Positions 1-10,132 of a stretch of DNA of 64,000 nt are shown piece after piece. Made by a program: the position numbers and the translations under genes. The stretch's first letter is position 1. Each line of letters begins with the position of its first letter. Source of the stretch: Candidatus Nanohalarchaeota archaeon (lineage in GTDB: Archaea; Nanohalarchaeota; Nanosalinia; Nanosalinales; JAFCCC01); the NCBI GenBank assembly GCA_017610385.1, contig JAFCCC010000001.1, positions 94,960-158,959 on the forward strand, written 5' to 3'. The notes beneath the pieces are model-generated. The model saw nothing but the letters and a program-made list of their open reading frames with translations. It made no database searches and had not been told where the DNA came from.

Positions 1-543
1 TGCATGCAAGTGAGCGAAATCAATACACGGAAGAACTTGCTCTACATCCTGACTAAGCTTAATAACTTCATTTATATCCCCAAATTGAGTTCTTTTGCCT
101 GTTGATTCTGGTCTTACCCAAATAGAAATACTTTGATCTTTTAGCCTAGAAACAATATCTTTAAGCTCTCGTTTAACTTTCTGGTAAACAAGTTCCTTCT
201 CCTGCTTTAAATAGTATGCGGGGTGAAAACAAATGCTCCATGCACCACACAACGCACTTATTTTAGCAGTTTTAATGATTCTTTGTTTACTTGCGATCAC
301 TTTCTCATTCTCTTGAGCATTTAAATTAATATAATATGGTGCATGAGCAGTCAATTCAACACCGTGTTTTTCCTTTGCCTGTTTAACCTGCGCTGCAAGA
401 TTTTCAGAAATATTAACTGAATGTACAAATTCAAGTTCCATTGAATCTAAACCCAAGGATTTAACGTGAGGAATAGCGTTTAAAGTACTTCTGTCTAAAG
501 TACTTCGTGGAATTCCCGCTGTTCCAAAAAAAAGTTTATTCAT
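1..543 (-). CDS. nfo: Endonuclease IV (AP endonuclease, TIM barrel), 3' end runs off the window
   Basis: Not in ORF track; manual translation from ATG at 543: MNKLFFGTAGIP...MELEFV...AHAPYYINLN...FHPAYY...RPESTGKRTQFG...PCIDFAHLHA, typical archaeal Nfo motifs. Confidence 0.85.
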   Translation of the reverse strand, partial: MNKLFFGTAGIPRSTLDRSTLNAIPHVKSLGLDSMELEFVHSVNISENLAAQVKQAKEKHGVELTAHAPYYINLNAQENEKVIASKQRIIKTAKISALCGAWSICFHPAYYLKQEKELVYQKVKRELKDIVSRLKDQSISIWVRPESTGKRTQFGDINEVIKLSQDVEQVLPCIDFAHLHA

Positions 544-1009
544 TTTGATTTTGAAATTTTTCTTTCATTAGTTCATTCATTTTTGTGATTCGTTCGTGTT
601 TTAGAGTTATTATTTTAGGAATCTCTGTCTTATTTTTAGTAAAATAATCATAAATAGCTTCATTTAACGCATCTGCCGCTAAAATAGAACAATGGATTTT
701 TATTTGCGGTAGTCCACCCAGAGCATCAATAATCTCCTTATTTGAAAATTCCATTGCAGCATTCAAGGTTTTCCCTTTTACTAAATCCGTAATTATGCTG
801 GACGTAGCTAGGGCTGCTGCACAGCCATATGTTTGAAATTTAATATCCTTGATAATTTTTTCACCTTTTTCATTTTCAGAAATTTTAATATATAGTTTCA
901 TTAAATCTCCACAAACTATATTTCCAACTTCTCCAACACCATCTGGATCTTCTATTTCTCCAAAATTATGTGGATGTCTAAAGTGTTCAATTACTTTTTC
1001 ATTGTACAT
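536..1009 (-). CDS. iscU: Fe-S cluster scaffold IscU/NifU-N
   Basis: YNEKVIEHFRHPHNFG, CGD, GCAAALA, KIHCS with three conserved Cys; adjacent to iscS. Confidence 0.95.
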   Translation of the reverse strand: MYNEKVIEHFRHPHNFGEIEDPDGVGEVGNIVCGDLMKLYIKISENEKGEKIIKDIKFQTYGCAAALATSSIITDLVKGKTLNAAMEFSNKEIIDALGGLPQIKIHCSILAADALNEAIYDYFTKNKTEIPKIITLKHERITKMNELMKEKFQNQNE

Positions 1010-1028
1010 TTTTTCACCTTTAATTCAT

Positions 1029-2183
1029 TTACCTCAATGGACTTAGTTTTCGTAGGCGTTCAACTACGTCGGGAAGAACGTTTAAAAAATAGTCTATTTC
1101 CGCTTTTGTTGTATCTTTTCCTATTGAAACTCTCAAAGAACCGTGCGCTTGATCGTGTTTTAGTCCTAAACTCAATAAAACGTGACTTGGCTCTAAATTC
1201 GGTGAAGAACACGCAGAACCAGTACTACAAGAAATTCCTCTGTCATCTAATAACAAAACAAGACTTTCTCCTTCAATAAAAGAAAAGGAAAAGTTTGCAT
1301 TATTTGGCAACCTTCGGGTTGGGTGACCATTTAATCTGGAATTTGAGATTTTAAGCACTTCTTCAATCAAATAATTTCGTAGTTTTGTTTGTTTTATTTC
1401 ATCTTCTTTCATTTCGTTTTTGGCAATATTAACTGCTTCTGAAAAACCAACAATACCTGAAACATTAACGGTTGTGGATCTTAGACCAGATTCGTGACCG
1501 CCTCCATGCAAAACTGGCTCAATTGAGACTCCCTTTCGAATATAAAGTGCTCCAACCCCTTTTGGACCGTAGAATTTATGTGCATTAATAGTCATTAAGT
1601 CAATATTTAATTTATTAACATCAATTGGCAATTTTCCAAAAATCTGAGTTGCGTCTGTATGTAAATAAACTTCTTTGTTTTTACAAATCTCTCCGATTTC
1701 TTTCATGTTTTGGATTGTACCAATTTCATTATTTGCATAAATTATAGAAACTAAAATCGTGTCTTTTCTAATTGTATTTTTTAATTCTTCTAAATCGATT
1801 AAACCAAACTGGTCTACAGACAAATAACTCACTTCGAAACCGTGCTTTTCCAACCACTCACAGGTTTTTAAAATGGCAGCATGTTCTATTTTTGTTGTTA
1901 TTATGTGTTTTCCGTTATTTTGATTTGCAAATGCGACCCCTTTTAATGCCAAGTTATCTGACTCTGTTGCACCAGAAGTAAAGACTAATTCCTCGCTCTT
2001 CGCGCCCAGAAATTCAGCTATGTTTGACCTACAAGAGTCTAAAGTGGCCTTAGCTTTTCGTCCTTCTTCATGCAAAGACATTGTATTTCCAAAGTTCTCA
2101 TAAAAATAGGGCTGCATTGCGTCCAAAACACGCTTGTCAACTGGAGTTGTAGCTGCATAATCTAAGTAAATTCGTTTGTTCAT
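1029..2183 (-). CDS. iscS: Cysteine desulfurase IscS/NifS
   Basis: IYLDYAATTP, FTSGATES, HKFYGPKG (PLP Lys), STGSACSS catalytic Cys. Confidence 0.96.
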   Translation of the reverse strand: MNKRIYLDYAATTPVDKRVLDAMQPYFYENFGNTMSLHEEGRKAKATLDSCRSNIAEFLGAKSEELVFTSGATESDNLALKGVAFANQNNGKHIITTKIEHAAILKTCEWLEKHGFEVSYLSVDQFGLIDLEELKNTIRKDTILVSIIYANNEIGTIQNMKEIGEICKNKEVYLHTDATQIFGKLPIDVNKLNIDLMTINAHKFYGPKGVGALYIRKGVSIEPVLHGGGHESGLRSTTVNVSGIVGFSEAVNIAKNEMKEDEIKQTKLRNYLIEEVLKISNSRLNGHPTRRLPNNANFSFSFIEGESLVLLLDDRGISCSTGSACSSPNLEPSHVLLSLGLKHDQAHGSLRVSIGKDTTKAEIDYFLNVLPDVVERLRKLSPLR

Positions 2184-2241
2184 AAAAGGGTATTTTATAG
2201 AATATTTTTTATATGTGTGTAACTATTCTACCTAATCTTTC

Positions 2242-2637
2242 TTGGGTACTTATTCTATAGAACATTTTGTGTGCGGCTATCACGGTTTTTATTTAAATCA
2301 AAACAGTCAAAATAATAATATGACATTACCGAGTTTGGAGAACGAAGTAACACTTGTATCTGAAATTATGAATTTAACAGAATTAGAACAAGAGATTTAT
2401 TTTCATATGCTAAAGGAAGATTGCACTGTTAAAGAACTAGTAGGAGTAAGTAAAAGGACAAGAAGCGTGGTTCAGCGGGCCCTTCAAGATTTAATGGATA
2501 AAAACATGATTGTCAGAGAAGGCAGGATAAATAAAACAGTGTATTATATTTATAAGTCACTTCCATTACCAGATGTCAAGAAAAAAGTAAAAATTGTTCT
2601 TTCTGACTGGTATAATTCTGCAGTAAAATCCTTATAG
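2242..2637 (+). CDS. TrmB-like winged-helix transcriptional regulator (probable start ATG 2320)
   Basis: LTELEQEIYFHML...TVKELV...RTRSVVQRALQDLMDKNMIVR wHTH pattern; divergent from iscS. Confidence 0.7.
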   Translation: MGTYSIEHFVCGYHGFYLNQNSQNNNMTLPSLENEVTLVSEIMNLTELEQEIYFHMLKEDCTVKELVGVSKRTRSVVQRALQDLMDKNMIVREGRINKTVYYIYKSLPLPDVKKKVKIVLSDWYNSAVKSL

Positions 2638-2642
2638 TAAAA

Positions 2643-3590
2643 CTAAAGAGTTAAGCTGCTCCACCATGGCTTTCTTATAGAAATTAATTTGCCAAACTGC
2701 GCATCTATTTTAGTTCTAATCTTTAGCGAAATTGGAAAAATTGCAAATAATTTTGCTTTTTTTGTACTGGTTACCAGATATACAGGTCTCTTCGCCTCTT
2801 CTTTAAGTTCTATTTCTTCTACAGAATTCTTTGAAAACGATTCAGAGATTTTAATTGCATTTTCTGGAAGAATATTAACTTGCTTTTTTCCGACACTTGT
2901 TCTCATAAATAACTTGGATTCTTCTACAAGCATTTCTTTAGAATATGAAACAGGAATAGAATTTACTTCTATGATTCCTTTGTCTCTTGAAGAAGATCCT
3001 GTTTGCCACATTGTCACATTGTAAGAATCTGGCTTTTCGGTCTCACCAGAGATAATGATGCTGGTCTGTGTAATTATATTATAAGATACTGTATTTGTAT
3101 TGGCATTTGAATTTGGACATTGCGGACCAGTACACTGACAATGAATCTGACCAGGATAGCTTTCTAATATGATACATTCGCTATTTGTTGGGCACTTGTA
3201 GTAATTGCATGGATTTAGTTCTGCACACCTTAAACCTAATCCGGGGAACTGGTAGCATTCTAGTCCTTCTGGACAGGAATTCAGAGCATCGCACCACTGA
3301 TCTGTAATTTGCGAATAATTTTCTTTGCAATCTTGTGGACAATTGTTCTGATCTTCAGGATAGTTGCAAGTGTTATCCCCACAAGCAACACAAATAGAAT
3401 ATGACTTCGAAACTCTTATTTCTGTTAAACCAAGACAACAAGTTCTATTTGTAGCTCCAGAAAATGGATTTCTATTTACTCTTTTTCCTTCAGCAGCACA
3501 AGCAGTGTTTGTAATTGGTCCTGCAAAAACCGTGCTTGCAAAAAGTAAGAATACACCTAATACCAACATAAAACTAAACTGTTTTTTCAT
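2643..3590 (-). CDS. Secreted Cys-rich protein with C-terminal PepSY-like segment
   Basis: Signal peptide, CGDNTCNYPED..NCPQDC repeat-type motif, C-terminal ILPENAI...IELK...PVY...IDAQFG...KPWW. Confidence 0.6.
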   Translation of the reverse strand: MKKQFSFMLVLGVFLLFASTVFAGPITNTACAAEGKRVNRNPFSGATNRTCCLGLTEIRVSKSYSICVACGDNTCNYPEDQNNCPQDCKENYSQITDQWCDALNSCPEGLECYQFPGLGLRCAELNPCNYYKCPTNSECIILESYPGQIHCQCTGPQCPNSNANTNTVSYNIITQTSIIISGETEKPDSYNVTMWQTGSSSRDKGIIEVNSIPVSYSKEMLVEESKLFMRTSVGKKQVNILPENAIKISESFSKNSVEEIELKEEAKRPVYLVTSTKKAKLFAIFPISLKIRTKIDAQFGKLISIRKPWWSSLTL

Positions 3591-3695
3591 AATAGTACTA
3601 TCTTAAATTTTGTTTTTAAAGATTCTGAAAACAGTGGGAACTAACCAAACATTCTGTCAAGTTAATTTTTATACTCTAAAAGTTAAAGTTAGTTC

Positions 3696-4334
3696 ATGAA
3701 AGCACTTTCCGAATTTGAAGCTAAAAAATTTCTAATTAAAAATAAAGTGCCGTGCATAAAAGATGTTCTTGTTTCTAAAAAAAGTGAATTTAAAAAAACT
3801 AAAATCAAGTTCCCAGCCTTTATGAAAATCAGTTCGCCTGATATTTTGCATAAGACTGATGCAAATTGCGTTCTAGAAGTTAAAAGAGAAGATGAATTGG
3901 ATGCGGCATTTGATCAATTATTGAAAAATGCCAAGAAATATAATCCAAAAGCGAAAATAGAGGGGGTCGTGCTTGAAGAAAAACTTTCAGGAGTGGAACT
4001 AATTGTAGGTGTAAGTGTTGATCCTCAATTTGGTCATGTAATTATGTTTGGTCTTGGTGGCATTTTTGTTGAAATTCTAAAGGATGTGAATTTTAGAGCA
4101 ATACCTTTGAATAAAAAAGATGCTTTTGAACTTATTGAAGAAATGCGCGCCAAAGGGCTTTTAGAGGGTTTTAGGAATCAAAAGAAAGTTAATAAGAGAA
4201 AAATTGCTGAATTCTTGTTAAAAATTTCTAAAATCGTTGAAAACAACCCCAATATAATTGAATTGGATATTAATCCATTATTTGCAAATGAAAAGGGTGT
4301 TATTGCAGCAGATGCATTACTACGTTTTAATTAA
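3696..4334 (+). CDS. acdB: ADP-forming acyl-CoA synthetase beta subunit (ATP-grasp)
   Basis: LSEFEAKKFL, KISSPDILHKTD, ELIVG..DPQFG.VIMFGLGGIFVEILKD, ELDINPL. Confidence 0.9.
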   Translation: MKALSEFEAKKFLIKNKVPCIKDVLVSKKSEFKKTKIKFPAFMKISSPDILHKTDANCVLEVKREDELDAAFDQLLKNAKKYNPKAKIEGVVLEEKLSGVELIVGVSVDPQFGHVIMFGLGGIFVEILKDVNFRAIPLNKKDAFELIEEMRAKGLLEGFRNQKKVNKRKIAEFLLKISKIVENNPNIIELDINPLFANEKGVIAADALLRFN

Positions 4335-4740
4335 AAGTGTTTAATCTAAATCCTTTCTTTATGTTATTTCTAAAATCCATTTAAACTTCCTTTAAGATCT
4401 CTCTCAGCTCTACTAGATCTGTGAAAATTACCTTACAGTTTCCAATAGCTACCTCTTTCAAATCTGTTGTGCTGTAAAGAGCCCTAAGAAGCGTTTTTTA
4501 AGGTCTAGTTTTTCATTAAGTACAATTTGAGGATGTCCTCCACAGGTTGTGTGCTCTCAAATACTCCTTTGCAGGATTTTCTCATTCAAGACATATTATT
4601 AAATTATGTTGATCAATAGATAATTCGTACTATTCTTTAACTGGTGTTAACTTTTAACCCTGCTAAACTTTAACTGCGGGTTAACTTTAGTTAGGAAATA
4701 AAGTAGATGAATGAAAAATGATTGTTTGTTTTTGTAGTTT

Positions 4741-4908
4741 TTAAGCAGAGGGTTTAAATCTGAAAAATCCTTCGTCTTTGCGTTGTTTTCGAACTTTTTT
4801 CGCTTTTGAAACTTCATAAGTTTTAGAACATTTGTGGCACTTAATGATTTTTTTTGCGAGGGATCTTTGCAAGTGTCCGCAATGTGGGCATTGATAATAA
4901 AGGCTCAT
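4741..4908 (-). CDS. Small zinc-ribbon protein (55 aa)
   Basis: Below ORF-track cutoff; MSLYYQCPHCGHLQRSLAKKIIKCHKCSKTY..., two CxxC pairs, immediately downstream of 4916..6058 on the same strand. Confidence 0.7.
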   Translation of the reverse strand: MSLYYQCPHCGHLQRSLAKKIIKCHKCSKTYEVSKAKKVRKQRKDEGFFRFKPSA

Positions 4909-4915
4909 AATAAAT

Positions 4916-6058
4916 TCATCTCATATGAAAAATTGTTTTAAAGAAATTTACAAGTTTCGATAAACCTTGTTTTATGAAATTTCCAGAAAGTGAAGCTTCA
5001 TGATCTTGTTCTAAAAAAGCTGTTCGTTCTTCTAACTCTAATAGATTCTCTCGCTCAGGAGAAATAGAATTTGAAATATCATCTAAATGTGATACAGTAT
5101 TTCTAATAACTAATGTTTCGCTTGCAAAATTGTTTTCTAAGTTTTCTTCAGAACAATTTGAAGAAATTACTGTGGTTCTAATACGATAAGCAGACAAGTT
5201 ATCTTCTATGTCTAACTTTTCAGAGTAGGTAACTGTCTCACTGCAAACAATGCTCTTATAAATCCGTTTATTTGATAGCACATTCCCAAAAAAGTCTTCT
5301 ATAGTGATATAGGCTTCAAAACTCTGTTTTTTTGTTTTACAATTCAAATTGGAAAATTCAATAAAATACTGAAATTCTGAACCACTTTCTACAACTTCAG
5401 GACTTTTAATTTGAACCTGAAAATCACAAAGGTTGCTTTCTAAAACGTTTGTGTCTTTTCCTTGAACAATCTCTTCTTTTTTTACTGGAGCTATTACTTC
5501 CATTGAAACTTCAGAGGAAGTATTGCTTAATTCTGAATCAGGAGTAATAACGCTTTCTATATAATTTTCTATTCCAGGAGAAGGAATACAACTAATTAGT
5601 TCTTCATTGTTATTACAAAGAGATTGACCTTGTTTTGCAATATTCGTATACTCTAAAGAAGTTATAATGTTTTTTGAATTGTCTGCAATTCCTAAAACCT
5701 CTCCAGAATTTCTTAAAGAACTCCAAGAACTATCAAATAAATTTCCATTGAAATTAGGATAATTAACTAAAAAAGTTGACCAATCCTGGCAAATTACTGC
5801 GTATTGATCTTTATGAAGTGTTTGTTTTCCTTTTTTAAACTTGATTCTATGATTTGTATCTGCCTCATAAAAATAAAATGTACTAAAATTAATTGCGTCG
5901 CCCAAATTTTTAACTTCAATCCATTCTTGATTTTCATCACTTCCTTCTGGATTATACATTATCTCTGTGATAACCACATTCGCGCCTGCTCGAATGCCCA
6001 CTTGAGAAACAAAAAGTAAAATAAAAACAAGGTAAAGCAACATGAAATTTGCTTTCAT
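4916..6058 (-). CDS. Secreted lamin-tail-domain surface protein with Ig/CARDB-like region
   Basis: Signal peptide; VVITEIMYNPEGSD..EWIEVKN, LRNSGE, PSPG LTD motifs; later EENLENN. Confidence 0.8.
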   Translation of the reverse strand: MKANFMLLYLVFILLFVSQVGIRAGANVVITEIMYNPEGSDENQEWIEVKNLGDAINFSTFYFYEADTNHRIKFKKGKQTLHKDQYAVICQDWSTFLVNYPNFNGNLFDSSWSSLRNSGEVLGIADNSKNIITSLEYTNIAKQGQSLCNNNEELISCIPSPGIENYIESVITPDSELSNTSSEVSMEVIAPVKKEEIVQGKDTNVLESNLCDFQVQIKSPEVVESGSEFQYFIEFSNLNCKTKKQSFEAYITIEDFFGNVLSNKRIYKSIVCSETVTYSEKLDIEDNLSAYRIRTTVISSNCSEENLENNFASETLVIRNTVSHLDDISNSISPERENLLELEERTAFLEQDHEASLSGNFIKQGLSKLVNFFKTIFHMR

Positions 6059-6285
6059 ACCAATAAAAATAGGATTTGGTAGAATAAAAGAGTTTAGTAT
6101 ATTCGGTGTTTTTCAATCAGGATTTTCCAGAGCAATAGTTAACTATATAAATTATTACTACTACTCCATATTAACTACTACTACCTTTCATTATGAAAGA
6201 TTTTGTTTGAACACATGCTTTTCGTAATGTGTTGTTAGTACTTTGAAAAAGATTTGCACGAATTAAAAAATATTGATTAAATGCT

Positions 6286-7389
6286 TTGATAAAAATGATA
6301 ACAATTGTTTTAGGAACTAGAGCCGAACTAATTAAGACTTTTCCAGTTATGAAAGAATTAGATAAAAGAAAAATTAAATGGGAATGGATTCATACTGGTC
6401 AGCACAATTTAGATTCATTAATTAAAGATTTTAATATAAAAAAGCCGAAAATTGTTTTAGATATTCCAATAAGTTCTAGTGGGAGATTTAAAGGCGGAAA
6501 ATTTTTAGCGGTATTTAACGCTATTTTATGGAATCTTAAAACCACAAACAAAATAAGAAAAAGTGTTAAAAAATTAAAATCAAACGTTGTATTGTGCCAA
6601 GGAGATACCATGGCTACGGCAGCAACAGTGTTGGCAGGGCGATCAATTATATTTAATCGACCAAAAATAGGGCACATTGAAGCAGGAATTAGATCTCATT
6701 CATTTACAGAACCTTTTCCAGAAGAAATTTCAAGAAGGATTTCTGACTTTTTTTCAGATTATTTGTTTGCGCCAACTCAAAAAGCTGTTGAAAATCTAAA
6801 TAGAGAAAAAATAAAAGGAAAAACCTATTTAACAGGGAATACCGTCGTAGATGCGGTTAAAGACATATTATATACTATAGATTTAGAATTTCCTGAAAAT
6901 TTACGAGCTAAAAAATATATTATTGCCCAAACACACAGATATGAAAACATTACATCTCCAGAAAGATTAGGAAGATTTGTAGAGATTATAACAGATTTGC
7001 CACACAATATTGTTTTAATAATGCCTGAAAACACTGAAGCAAAATTAAGGGAATTTGAACTCTGGAATGATTTGCAGAAAGAAAATATTCAAATAAGTGC
7101 ATTAAAAAACTATAAAGACTTTTTGAAAATGTTATATCATTCTTCTGGAATAATAACTGATTCCGGAGGAGTGATGGAAGAATGTGCCATTTTAGGAAAA
7201 CCTTGTCTTGTTTTCAGAAAAAGAACAGAGCGGCCTGAAGCAATTAATGCTGGCGTGGCCGAGTTAATCATGGAAAAGGGGAGTGATTTTATCTTAGACT
7301 TCTTAAACCGAAAACTAAAAAACACAAAGAATCTCTTTGGAGATGGTAACGCAAGCAAAAAGATTGTTGACGTTATTCAAAAAGAGTAA
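6286..7389 (+). CDS. wecB: UDP-N-acetylglucosamine 2-epimerase (non-hydrolysing)
   Basis: GTRAELIK, HTGQH, QGDT, HIEAGIRS, PFPEE, TGNTVVD, DSGG..EE, TERPE, FGDGNAS. Confidence 0.93.
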   Translation: MIKMITIVLGTRAELIKTFPVMKELDKRKIKWEWIHTGQHNLDSLIKDFNIKKPKIVLDIPISSSGRFKGGKFLAVFNAILWNLKTTNKIRKSVKKLKSNVVLCQGDTMATAATVLAGRSIIFNRPKIGHIEAGIRSHSFTEPFPEEISRRISDFFSDYLFAPTQKAVENLNREKIKGKTYLTGNTVVDAVKDILYTIDLEFPENLRAKKYIIAQTHRYENITSPERLGRFVEIITDLPHNIVLIMPENTEAKLREFELWNDLQKENIQISALKNYKDFLKMLYHSSGIITDSGGVMEECAILGKPCLVFRKRTERPEAINAGVAELIMEKGSDFILDFLNRKLKNTKNLFGDGNASKKIVDVIQKE

Positions 7390-7462
7390 ACTCAAAAACG
7401 AATTAAACCATTCTGATGCACTGCATTTTTTATAAAATTGTGTACAATATATTGAGATAAAA

Positions 7463-8113
7463 ATGGAAGTAATAATTCTTTGCGGAGGTACTGGAACAAG
7501 ATTAATGCCGCTAACTAAGAATAAGCACAAAGCTTTGGTCGAAGTTGATGGCAAACCAATAATTGAATGGCAACTTCGGTGGTTACAAAAATATGATATT
7601 GAAAAAAAGAATGTTATTTTGGCGTGCGGTCATATGTTAGAGAGCTTAAAAAACTATTTAGGAAATTCTGTAAAGTATTCTATAGAAAAAGAGCCCTTGG
7701 GCACTGGCGGAGCATTAAAACAAGCAATGAGATTGATAAAAGATGATGAATTCTTGGTTTTTAATGTTGATGATTTAAACAATATTGATTTAGGTGAATT
7801 AAAAAGAATTGGTTCTAATTCTATCTGTGTTGCAAACCCACGTTCACCTTTTGGCGTCGTTGAGCTTCAAGGAAATAAGGTTACAGGATTTATTGAAAAG
7901 CCGTTGTTAGAGGTTTGGGTTTCTATGGGAATTTATTTGCTTAACAAAGATATTATCAAAATGCTTCCAGATAAAGGCAGTCTAGAAAAAGAGGTTTTCC
8001 CAAAGATTGATTTAAAGGCCTACAAACACGAAGGTTATTGGCACACAATAAACAATATTAAACAAGCACAAGCGTTTGACGCAGAAGCATTTAAAAAAGC
8101 ATTAGATTTTTAA
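7463..8113 (+). CDS. Sugar-phosphate nucleotidyltransferase
   Basis: ILCGGTGTRLMPLT..HKALV, EKEPLGTGGAL, FIEKP. Confidence 0.88.
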   Translation: MEVIILCGGTGTRLMPLTKNKHKALVEVDGKPIIEWQLRWLQKYDIEKKNVILACGHMLESLKNYLGNSVKYSIEKEPLGTGGALKQAMRLIKDDEFLVFNVDDLNNIDLGELKRIGSNSICVANPRSPFGVVELQGNKVTGFIEKPLLEVWVSMGIYLLNKDIIKMLPDKGSLEKEVFPKIDLKAYKHEGYWHTINNIKQAQAFDAEAFKKALDF

Positions 8114-8164
8114 TTTATTTTAAAGAGAGATCATATTATTAACTGTTTCTGTCATAATGAAATT

Positions 8165-9244
8165 ATGAAAGTTTATTTGGCGTATCCCTGGATATTTCCA
8201 GATTCTCCGTATTATAAATATTTGATTGGAAACCCACCAGAAGGCGTGGAATATTTGAACGGGGCAAAACAAAATGGAGTTATTACCAATAGAAGAAAGT
8301 TTGTGTTTTCTAATAAACTAAAAAATATAATAAGAAAGTCTTTATCTTTAGCTAATCTTTCAATTCCAAATGCTCATAAAATTAAAACAAAAGAGAATTA
8401 TGATTTAATTCACTGTGCACATTGTTTGTGCAAAAATAATTCTCCTTGGGTGGCAGATTTTGAATCTGTCTGGCAGTTTTATGTCGGAAAGAAAACAAAA
8501 TGGGCAAAAAATAAAGTCAAAAAGATCTTACAAAACGAAAACTGCAAAAAAATTATGGCATGGACAGAAAAGACAAAACAAGATATAATTACAGAGTTTC
8601 CTGAAATAAAAGACAAAGTTGAAGTTGTTTATCCTGCTGTGCCTTTACAAAAACTAAAAAAGAAAGAAAATAAGAAACCCACTATTTTGTATGCAACACG
8701 CTATTTTTGGATTAAGGGTGGTTTAATTGCGCTGGAAACTTTGCGCAGATTAAAAGAAAAATATGATATTAATATTATTTTTATTTCTGATATTCCTAAG
8801 GAAATAAAAGAAAAATATAAAGACATTAAAATCCTGGATTTGGTTCCACAAAACAAATTATTTGAATATTATTCAAAATCAGATATTTTCTTTTATCCAT
8901 CTCTTATGGATACTTTTGGCTTTTCTTTGTTAGAGGCCATGTCTTTTGGATTGCCAATAGTTACAGTAAACACAGAAGCAACAAAAACAAGAAGAGAAAT
9001 AATAGAAAATGAAAAAACTGGTTTTATCTTTGACGCCAATAAAGTAAATTACAAAAATCTAGGTAAACTTGAAAATAAGATTATAAGTCAGTTGGTTAAA
9101 GATCTATCCAAATTAGTTGAGAATCGGAAATTAAGACAAAGGATGGCACATAATTGTTTAAAACTATTTAAAAATGGAAAGTTCTCAATAAATAAACGGA
9201 ATGAAAAACTAAAAAGAATTTATGATGGGGCTGTTTTTAAATGA
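8165..9244 (+). CDS. Glycosyltransferase family 4
   Basis: KG...DIFFYPSLMDTFGFSLLEAMSFGLPIV. Confidence 0.88.
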   Translation: MKVYLAYPWIFPDSPYYKYLIGNPPEGVEYLNGAKQNGVITNRRKFVFSNKLKNIIRKSLSLANLSIPNAHKIKTKENYDLIHCAHCLCKNNSPWVADFESVWQFYVGKKTKWAKNKVKKILQNENCKKIMAWTEKTKQDIITEFPEIKDKVEVVYPAVPLQKLKKKENKKPTILYATRYFWIKGGLIALETLRRLKEKYDINIIFISDIPKEIKEKYKDIKILDLVPQNKLFEYYSKSDIFFYPSLMDTFGFSLLEAMSFGLPIVTVNTEATKTRREIIENEKTGFIFDANKVNYKNLGKLENKIISQLVKDLSKLVENRKLRQRMAHNCLKLFKNGKFSINKRNEKLKRIYDGAVFK

Positions 9245-10131
9245 AAATTTCAGTGATTTCTACAGTTTTAAATGAAGAAAAAAACATATCTCAGTTTATG
9301 AAATCAATATTAAATCAATCCAAAAAGCCAGATGAAATTATAATCGTTGATGGTGGCTCAAAGGACAAAACCTTTGAAATTCTCAGAGAATTTTCACAAA
9401 AGAATAAACTATTTGCAGTTTTTCAGGAAAAAGGTGCTAATATTTCTAGAGGAAGAAATATTGCAATTAAAAAAGCGAAGGGGGATATACTTATTGTTGC
9501 TGATGCGGGATGTGTTGTCGATAAAGATTGGATTAAAAACACTATTGCATATTTTCCAGAAGCAGATGTTGTAGCAGGAAATTACAAGGCAATAACAAAA
9601 AACAATTTTGAATATTTTCAAAGCCTTTTGGTCGTTAAGTCAGTAGACCGGCCATCAAGAATGTCCTCTAGAAATATTTCTTTTAAAAAAGAATGTTGGA
9701 AAAGTGTGGGAGGATACCCTGAAGATTTTCTGACCGGAGAAGACACAAAATTTAATTTAATGTTTCAGAGAGCAGGATATAAAATAAAAATAAACCCAAA
9801 ACAAGATGTTTCTTGGGAAATGAGGCCGACTCTGAAAAAATTTGCAAGACAGTTTTATCTTTATGGAAAAGGAGATAGAAAACATGGAAATTTAATTGAA
9901 ATGAAAAAGAATCTTGCAATGGTTTCAGGATTTTGGATCTATTTTGTTTTGTTAATTTTGGCGGCTATCTTTAATTTAAAGGCATTTCTAGTATTGCTGG
10001 ATTTGCCTGTGTTTGTGTTATTTGTATTTGGAATAAAATACAGTATAAAAACAAAGAAAATCTCGGCATTATTCTGGATGCCCTTGTTATTGTTTGTTAA
10101 ACGAGTAAGTTATATTTTGGGGGCAAGTTGA
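9241..10131 (+). CDS. Glycosyltransferase family 2 with C-terminal TM helices
   Basis: ISVISTVLNEE, IIVDGGSKD, GRN, DAG, GEDT; hydrophobic C-terminus. Confidence 0.88.
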   Translation: MKISVISTVLNEEKNISQFMKSILNQSKKPDEIIIVDGGSKDKTFEILREFSQKNKLFAVFQEKGANISRGRNIAIKKAKGDILIVADAGCVVDKDWIKNTIAYFPEADVVAGNYKAITKNNFEYFQSLLVVKSVDRPSRMSSRNISFKKECWKSVGGYPEDFLTGEDTKFNLMFQRAGYKIKINPKQDVSWEMRPTLKKFARQFYLYGKGDRKHGNLIEMKKNLAMVSGFWIYFVLLILAAIFNLKAFLVLLDLPVFVLFVFGIKYSIKTKKISALFWMPLLLFVKRVSYILGAS

Positions 10132-10132
10132 A

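Noticed and set aside
6154-6185. TACTACTAC short repeats upstream of wecB
   Set aside because: Short low-complexity tract; cannot be distinguished from chance
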